A stretch of 64,000 nt of DNA from Eledone cirrhosa (taxonomy: Eukaryota). This document shows, in pieces, positions 55,440 to 64,000 of the stretch (its first letter is position 1; every line of letters starts with the position of its first letter). A program made the position numbers and the translations under genes. The notes under the pieces are model-generated. The model did no database searches. It was not told where the DNA came from and was given only the letters and a program-made list of their open reading frames with translations. The stretch lies in contig OZ024763.1 in the NCBI GenBank assembly GCA_964016885.1, positions 17,608,001 to 17,672,000 on the forward strand. The letters run 5' to 3'.

Positions 55440-56870
55440 ATCAACTCCCCTTTCCTCCATCAAAAATTATCAAGTTTGTGCCTAAATTTGAAACAATTAT
55501 GAAAGAATTTGTTAATAATCTGTCATTGTCACTAACAAGGGTAGATTTATTGTATATACTGAAGTATATGCCAAGGAATATGTGACCAAAGAAATTGATG
55601 GTTAAATGGGAGACTGACGTATACATGCCATCTAAACAAGGTATTGTTTAGCTGCCTTGGCTTATGAACGGGTTTGGGATGTTCGCCTATTTCTCAGACA
55701 TAAAATTGAGGAGTGGGGAGGGGGGTATCAGCTTATATTTGGATAGACTTGTGTTTATATGGTAATTAATAACCCTCCCTCGAAAATTACTGGCCTTATG
55801 CTTAAATATGAAACAACAAAACAAAGATTACCAGGTAACTTTTACTTTTAGTTACTTCATCTTACAGTCCAGTTTGCACTGTTTAGCCTTCTATCTTTTT
55901 CAGTATTTGTCCCCTTCTTTTGTGCCCCTGTGGCTAATAAAGAAACATATCTCTTTCAACATTATATATTATATACAATGTTTCAAGCAAGCTATAACAT
56001 TTTATAAACTATGAAAGAATTTGTTAATAACCAATCATTGTAGATATACCATATATACTTCAGTATATTCTGAGGAATATATAACCAAATATGTGGCTTA
56101 TACACATCTAAACAAGGTGTTGATCTAAACAAAGTATTGATTCAGTTTATAATCAAGGTTGGGATATTCACCTATTTCTCAGACATAAAATTCAGGGTAC
56201 ATATATTTAGATAGACTTATATTCAAGTTGATAAAGAAATCAACTTCCCCTCCCTCGAAAACTACGGGCCTTGTGCTTATATTTGAAACAACTATGAAAG
56301 AATTTGTTAATAACCTATTATTATATACTTGAATATAAGGTGAGGAATATATAACTGAAGAAATCGATGGTAAAATGGGGAGGTTGGTTTGTGTTGATTA
56401 ACTGCCTTGGTTTATAAACAGGGTTGGGATATTCACCTATTTCTCAGACATAAAATTCAGAGTACTTATATTTAGATGGACTTATATTTGAGTTTATACA
56501 GTAATCAACTTCCCCCTCCATCAAAAATTACAGATCGTGTGCCTATATTTGAAACAACTATGAAAGAATTTGTTAATAACCAATCATTGTAGATATACCA
56601 TATATACTTGAAGATAAGGTGAGGAATATATAACCAAATATGTGGCTTATATGCAACATCTAAACAAGGTGTTGATTAGTTGCTTCAGTTTATAATCAAG
56701 GTTGGGATTTTCCCCTATTTCTCAGATATACAATTCAGGGTACTTATATTTAGATAGACTTATATTCAAGTTGATAAAGAAATCAACTTCCCCTCCCTCA
56801 AAAACTACAGGCCTTGTGCCTATATTTGAAATAACTATGAAAGAATTTGTTAAAAATCTATCATTGTTCC
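55440..56870. repeat. Diverged tandem array of about 270-330-bp composite units
   Basis: Recurring TCAACTTCCCC..GTGCCTA..TTTGAAACAA..AAAGAATTTGTTAATAA..CCTATTTCTCAGACATAAAATT..GACTTATATT. Confidence 0.75.
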
Positions 56871-58467
56871 TGACAAATTCTTCCATAATAGAGCCAGTTT
56901 CAGTTCTTCTTTCTTAAATGACAGATAGTGTGATAAGCAGTTGTTTTTCTCTGTAACTTCTCATGTTCTATTCTGCTAGTAGATTACCATACAAAGAATG
57001 AAATGTCTTGATGGGAATTATGATTTATAAGATGCAGAAATTTATTATGATTTAATCTATGGCTCGTTAGAAAATCACATCACTACAGAAGAAGACGAAA
57101 AAAAAAATCAATGATGAAGTTATTGATTCTAAAATATTACAAAAATAATTATTCATTTGCAAATTTTTACATCTCAGTTGAATATATAAAATTTTCTATT
57201 GCGAAAGCAAAAAAGAAAAAAATATATAAAATTAAATGAATAAATAAATATATAAATAAATGAATAAATAAATAATAATTAAATACCAAAAAAATTATAT
57301 ATATATACATATATATATGTATATGTATGTGTATATATATGATGAATAAAATATATTAATTATATGTAATATATATGTGTGTGTGAGTGTGTGTGGGTAA
57401 ATATGAAATGATGAATAAAATATATTAAAATTATCTGTAAATCACAAATTTTTGAAATTAAACTGCAAAAACAGTTTGCTCATTTAAATGAAGTGATACT
57501 TGAAATGTTTGAGAGAAATTTGCAAAACCTTTCAAAGAATCCAGTTTAAAGAGATTCTCCTAGTTTTAATTATGGTTGTCTATGTCATAATTAATTCTAA
57601 AGTGTAAGATTATCTAGAATTTTTTTTTTCTTTTTATAGAAAGTAAGAGCCATTTATTCCTTAGACCTATTACAATATTGAAGGAGACCTGTGTATAAGA
57701 ACTTGTACCAAACTGTGTCAATCACATTTCCAATATAAATTATGATTAAAAATAAGGGGAAAAAAAGAAATTTTATTTCAGAACTTACTAGAATGTTTGT
57801 TTTGTTGTTGTTGTTGTTATTTTTTGTTTGTTTGTTTGTTTTTTTTTGTTTTTTGTTTTTTTAAATTTACATATTACTAGGAAAAAATATGAAACAAAAT
57901 CTATAATTTTAGATATCTTCATGAATATATTATTTTAATTATCATCATTTAATAAATTCGCAATTCATTAAACAAGTTAGAAAATTTCGAAAAAAAAATC
58001 ACCTCATGGCCCTCCCCTCCAAAAAAAAATTTTTTTTTTAACTAAATAAATTAATAAAAAATATATGAAAATAAGAATATCTTAAACCTGAAATTTTTTT
58101 TTTTAACGACAAAAATAAGTAAATAAGTTGTACAGGTGATATAAAATAGATACTACACGACACTATATAGTTACAAATGATAGACATGGAGGGAACACGT
58201 GATGGGGTGAGGTGAGGGGATAGTGGCAGATATATATATATGTGTGTATATGTATGTGTGTGTGTGTATATGTATATATGTGTGTGTGTATGTATATGTA
58301 TGTGTGTATGTGTGTGTGTATGTATATGTATGTGTGTATGTGTGTGTATATATATATATGATGTCTGTGTATATATGTATGATATATATGTGTGTGTGTA
58401 TGTATGTGTATATGTATATATATATATGATGTGTGTGCGCGTGTGTATATATATATATGTCTCTGTG

Positions 58468-58499
<32 letters not shown>

Positions 58500-59374
58500 C
58501 ACAGACACACACACATATATCATATATAAATACACATGCACACACTCATGTATATATATGTATATGTATGTATGATATATATATATATATAAAGAGAGAG
58601 AGAGATCGCAAGAGAGAGATTGATAGGAAGGGAAGGAGAAAGAGATAGGAAAGATGTTTTTTTTTTTTTTGTGTTGTTTTTCTTTTTTAATTTTTAAAAT
58701 AGATGAATTATAAATTATGTGTAAGGGATGTGTGTGGAGATGTGAAGGGGGTGATGGGTGAGTGTAAAAATCTTTTTTTTTTTAATTTAATTTTTAATTT
58801 TAAATTTTTTATTTCCAAGATGGTTACAGTGGAGAATATGAGATAGAAAGCTTAATAAATAGACTGATGTGTTGACTTAATTAGATGACTCGCTATTGAA
58901 CGGAAAATTCTTTTGTATGGTGGTTATATTAACATTGGCGAGATCAAAGAGCAGGCACGTACAAGTTGCTTTGATAGACCACACAAATTATGGTTCAGTT
59001 TTTAATAAATGCAAGTGATAACAAGATAGTAGTAGAATTGCAAATACTGACTGGAAATAGAATTTCATTAAATAAGTGTTATGTGTGAAATTAGAGGAGT
59101 TTTAAAAATATAAAAATATAGAAATATATATATATATATATATATATTTCTATATATATATATAAATTTTCAAAAAAAAAAAAAATGACAATAAAAATTC
59201 TTTTTTTTTAAATAAAAGGTAAAAAGACACAATCAAAAAGAAACGAAACATTTGATGTCAGGATATATAATACGAATAATACTTAATATCATCAACATTA
59301 TTGTTATTATTATCATCTTTATCATTATTATTATTATTATTGTTATTATTATTGTTGTTCTTGTTGTTATTAGG

Positions 59375-60420
59375 CAGTGAGTAGTGGTGTTAGTAGCATT
59401 TTGTTGCATCTTTTTGTATATTATTCTGAGTTCAAATCCCAGCTGAGTTTATCTTTGCCTTTCATCCTTACGGGGCCAATAAAATAACGTACCAGTAATG
59501 CACTGGTATAATTACTGGCCCTGTGCCGAAAGTAGAATTAATTATCAGGTGGATTGGCAGTATCGGTAGAGGGTCGGTCGCCATGCTTTCCAGCATAGTT
59601 ACGTCCCTTTACGATCTGAGTTCAAATCCCTCCGAGGTTGACTTTGCCTTTCATCCTTACGGGGTCAAAAAAAAAAAAAAGTACCAGTAATGCACTGGGA
59701 TAATTACTGACCCTGTGCCGAAAGTAGAATTAATTATCATTATCATTATCATTACCCACTTTGTATCATTCTGTACCGTCTGTAATGTTTTTCTTCATGT
59801 TAGCCCTTGTGGCCAAAAGTAGAACCCATTATTATCATTGGAGGGGCGGTGGATTGGCAGTATCGGTAGAGGGTCGGACGCCATGCTTTGATGCATAGAG
59901 TTACGGCCCTTGCAATTCTGAGTTCAAATCCCTCCGAGGTTAACTTTGCCTTTCATTCTTACGGGATCGATAAAATAAAGTACCAGTAATGTACTGGGAT
60001 AATTGCTGGCCTTGTGCCTAAAGTAGAAACAATTATTACTACTACTAGTTTACGGCCCTTTATGGTCTGAGTTCAAATCCTGCCGAGGTTAACTTTGCCT
60101 TTCATCCTTACGGGGGGGTCGATAAAATAAAGTACCAGTCACGCACTGGGGTTGATTTTATCGACTTTCCCCTTCCCCAAAATTGCTGGCCTTGTGCCGA
60201 TATAAGAAACCATTATTACTTCATTACAAGGCGGTGGATTGTCAGTATCGGTAGAGGGTCGGACGCCATTCTTTGAAGCATAGTTACCTCCCTTTATGAT
60301 CTGATTTCAAATCCCGCCGAGGTTGACTTTGCCTTTCATCCTTACGGGGTCGATGAAATAAAGTACCAGTAATGCACTGGGTTATTGCTGGCCTTGTGCC
60401 AAAAGTAGAAACAATTATTA
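59375..60420 (+). mobile_element. Head-to-tail cluster of five family B SINEs
   Basis: Five consecutive core motifs separated by ATT-rich tails. Confidence 0.88.
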
Positions 60421-60423
60421 CTA

Positions 60424-60814
60424 CTAGCAGAATGGCCCGGCGCTGCTCGGGATTCTAAACATAGATTGGAATGTTTATCCCTCCTTTCTGAAACAGTACA
60501 GAGAAGTACGAAATACCTCGGCCTCGGGATGGGGTCTACATTTTGTGCTTATAAAAAAAATTTGTCGTAGATTACCAGGGTTTTTTCTATGCGAAGAAAA
60601 TCAATACTTTATTGCGAAATAAATACTTTTGTTTATATTTTGTTATTGTGTATGCAAAAATATCTGTCACGAATATATAATTATATATATATATATATTA
60701 AAATAACAGATTAAAGTTTAAGCAAAGAATAGCTGCTTTCACCCTTAACGGGATCTTCTGAAACTAAAAAATCAATCTGTGAATGTAGAAGTAAATATTT
60801 CAAAAAACGTTACA

Positions 60815-60868
<54 letters not shown>

Positions 60869-61192
60869 TATATATATACATATAATCACACACACACACA
60901 CAGATAGCGTTGTCATAATGTTGTAATGCAGACAGCCAGACATACAGACAGATATTATAAGGGTGCAACATTATATCTATGTGTCTATCTAAAAAGAAAG
61001 ATTAAGAATTATGGAGAGAGATCGCTAAATCGCCTAATGCGGTCCTTAGGGCATTGAAAATTTGAAATGTTTTTTTTCTCAAAACACTCACAGGACCATA
61101 AGTATTACATGTGTAAAGTTTGAAAACAATCGGTTGGGTGGTACTCGAGTTTTAGGGACTCAGTCAGACATTCTCTGTTTTAGATATATAGA
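60424..61192 (-). mobile_element. Non-autonomous Helitron (second copy)
   Basis: Minus strand: A|TCTATATATC...CCCGAGCAGCGCCGGG-CCATTCTG-CTAG|T; contains the HHR-like segment at 60706-60780. Confidence 0.9.
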
Positions 61193-61671
61193 TTATTATT
61201 ATGAGGCAGTGAGTAGTGGTGTTAGTAGCATTTTGTTACATCTTTTTGTATATTATTCTGAGTTCAAATCCCAGCCAAGTTTATCTTTGCCTTTCATCCT
61301 TACGGGGGTCTTTAAATTAAGTACCAGTAATGTACTGAGGTCGAGTTAATTGACTTTCTCAAACCCCCAAAGTATTGGAGGGCCACTTAGGGCAGTGGAT
61401 TGGCAGTATCGGTAGAGCATTGGACACCATGCTTCGCGACATAGAGTTACGGCCCTTTATGTTCTGAGTTCAAATCCCACCGAGGTTAATTTTCGCCTTT
61501 CATTCTTACAGAGTCAATGAAGTAAAGTACCAGTAATGCACTCCCCTTTAAATTGCTGGTCTTGAGCCTAAAAGTTGAAATTGAAGCATGCAAGATTTCA
61601 CAGCTCTAGCATCACTCCTTTATAGTCAGCCTATGAACTTTTCAGCCCACCTTTGTATGTATATAAATGTA

Positions 61672-61869
61672 CGAGGGTCGGCTGAAAAGTTCATAGGCTG
61701 ACCAAGATACTCTCATGGAATGACTAAATGAGGTTTATTTTTCAACATAGTCCCTGGGAAAGAAACAATGCAGTTGTTAATAAGAAGAGTTGAAATTAAT
61801 ACATGCAAGATTTCACAGCTCTACATCACTCCTTCATAGTCAGCCTATCAACTTTTCAGCCCACACTCA
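61672..61869. mobile_element. mariner-type MITE with TA TSD (half copy upstream at about 61585-61657)
   Basis: TA|CGAGGGTCGGCTGAAAAGTTCATAGGCTGAC ... GTCAGCCTATCAACTTTTCAGCCCACACTCA|TA. Confidence 0.82.
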
Positions 61870-62376
61870 TACATGCTTATAACTTTTCATGTCTAAGTTT
61901 CGGCATATTGCCTAATGGCCATAGCTGTTGAATCAATCATGTATGTGTAGATATTCTGATTTTGACTGGTCAAAAATGGTGTGGTCACTGTTCCATTGTA
62001 TTGTTTATATGGTCTCCACTTAATGTTGTTTTATTTTTGTAATTATTTATGGCTAGGCATTAGTCCAGTGCGGCAGCAAAAAAAAAAGAAACTAAAATGA
62101 AAAAAATTCTTCCATTTCTGCTTTTAGCCCAGAGCAGCTAAAACAGGTCTTCCATTGCTGCTTTTAGTTCAGAGATTTTGAGTCATTATCAACTTTTCAT
62201 GCTGACTTATTTCCTTACTGTCAAGTCATGCAGTGTATTGACTATGGAGTGGGTTTTTTTCTTTTTTTTTTTGCATCATCTCTTTTTTTGTTTGTTTGTT
62301 TGTTTTTTTGTCTTTTGTTTTGTTATTTTTTGTATTTTTTTCTTTTGTTTCAACGTTATCTTTAACCCTTTGCTAC

Positions 62377-62690
62377 CATCATCATCATCATTTTTACGTC
62401 CGCTTTTCCCTGCTTGCAAGGGTGGGACGGGTCCTATTCAGCACAGCACCTCTCTACTTGTCATGGTCCTTCGTCATCTCCTCTGTGAGCTTCAGCGATC
62501 TGAGGTCTGCTCTCACCACCTCCGCCCATGTTTTTCGTGGTCTTCCTCTACTGCATCTTCCTTCTACATCTGCTTTCCCCTGCTTGCAAGGGTAGGACAG
62601 GTCCTCTTCAGCACAGTATCTCTCTATTTATCAAGGTCCTTCGTCATCTTCTCTGTGAATTTCAGCGATTTGTGGTCAGCTCTCACCATA
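62377..62690 (-). mobile_element. Two adjacent RTE LINE 3' end fragments
   Basis: Match 24453-24640. Confidence 0.88.
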
Positions 62691-63204
62691 TTTCTAATTA
62701 AATATACTGCGCATATTTCATTATATTTTGAAAATAATAAAGAATTTGGAGGTATTTAATAAAATAACCAACGTTGTTATATTTGGGCAGGGTCATGTCT
62801 TAATATTACCAAAACAATAGTCAAACACACTCACAGTTTGATTTGGTTTGGTTTTCACTTCAGTATATTTATATAGTATATTTATATAAATAATTTAGCT
62901 GGCAATCAATGTTTATCATTGATTGACCAATAGTTAAAAATATAGATATAATTTATCAAAGTTCTTTTGTCACACATTTCTGTGACTTCTTCAGTGATTA
63001 TCACTGTGTTTCCTTCCGTTATGTTTCTATAATGTTTTGTTTTTTTTCAACACACGATTTCATATCAAAATCCTTGCAAAAGATATACATTGGCGCCAAA
63101 ATAACTGATGATTTCATTATTAAGCTGATGTTTGGAATATAACTTAACAAAAGCTGTTAATGGAAGGTCATAATTTGAATATGAACACCATTTGCTCATA
63201 ATTC

Positions 63205-64000
63205 AGAGAGATGGTAAGGGCAAGAGAGATGGAAGCAATGACAGTGGGAGTTTGGCTCCTCTGTGTTGGGACCTGGTGTATATGAGAGATGGGGATGGTG
63301 AGAGAGATGGAGGCCATGTCAGTGGGAGTTTGGCTCCTCTGTGTTGGGACCTGGTGTACATGAGAGATGGCGGCGATGACAGTGGGAGTTTGGCTCCTCT
63401 GTGTTGGGACCTGGTGTATATGAGAGATGGGGATGGTGAGAGAGATGGAGGCCATGTCAGTGGGAGTTTGGCTCCTCTGTGTTGGGACCTGGTGTACATG
63501 AGAGATGGCGGCGATGACAGTGGGAGTTTGGCTCCTCTGTGTTGGGACCTGGTGTATATGTGAGAAGGGGAGGGTGAGAGAGATGGAGGCGATGACAGTG
63601 GGAGTGTGGCTCCTCTGTGTTGGGACCTGGTGTATATGTGAGAAGGGGAGGGTGAGAGAGATGGAGGCGATGACAGTGGGAGTTTGGCTCCTCTGTGTTG
63701 GGACCTGGTGTATATGTGAGAAGGGGAGGGTGAGAGAGATGGAGGCCATGACAGTGGGAGTTTGGCTCCTCTGTGTCAGGACCTGGTGTATATGAGAGAT
63801 GGGGAGGGTGAGAGAGATGGAGGCCATGACAGTGGGAGTTTGGCTCCTCTGTGTTGGGACCTGGTGTACATGAGAGATGGGGAGGGTGAGAGAGATGGAG
63901 GTGATGACTGGGAGTTTGGCTCCTCTATGTTTGGACCTGGTGTACATGAGAGATGGGGAGGTCGAAAGAGATGGAGGCCATGACAGTGGGAGTTTGGCTC
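63205..64000. repeat. G-rich minisatellite (about 57- and 78-bp unit variants), runs off the window
   Basis: Recurring GACAGTGGGAGTTTGGCTCCTCTGTGTTGGGACCTGGTGTA. Confidence 0.92.

Noticed and set aside
58820-58876. Possible next FoxJ2/3 exon (phase 1, DGYSGEYEIESLINRLMC*)
   Set aside because: Weak AAG acceptor, early stop and no recognisable homology; cannot be supported without RNA data.

Overview
AT-rich animal genomic DNA, most likely an octopus or other coleoid cephalopod (inferred from the repeat landscape, not proven). The window is almost all intronic: two + strand exons (12299-12406 and 42210-42303), not called as such by the ORF track, match the region after the forkhead domain of FoxJ2/FoxJ3 and lie about 30 kb apart. 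Nearly every ORF in the track is an artefact of microsatellites or minisatellites. The rest is nested mobile DNA: three tRNA-headed SINE families, RTE and CR1-type LINE fragments, two copies of a non-autonomous Helitron, hAT, piggyBac and mariner-type MITEs, and a 5'-truncated Penelope-like element (PLE) with a GIY-YIG remnant. The most striking hidden structure is a set of short elements in (TA)n tracts that carry type-I hammerhead ribozyme (HHR) folds. About a dozen loci from several sequence families are visible. Many are fold-back palindromes that turn at or inside the ribozyme, some have non-canonical cores, and one family sits inside both Helitron copies. All folds were paired by eye; none has been tested for activity.
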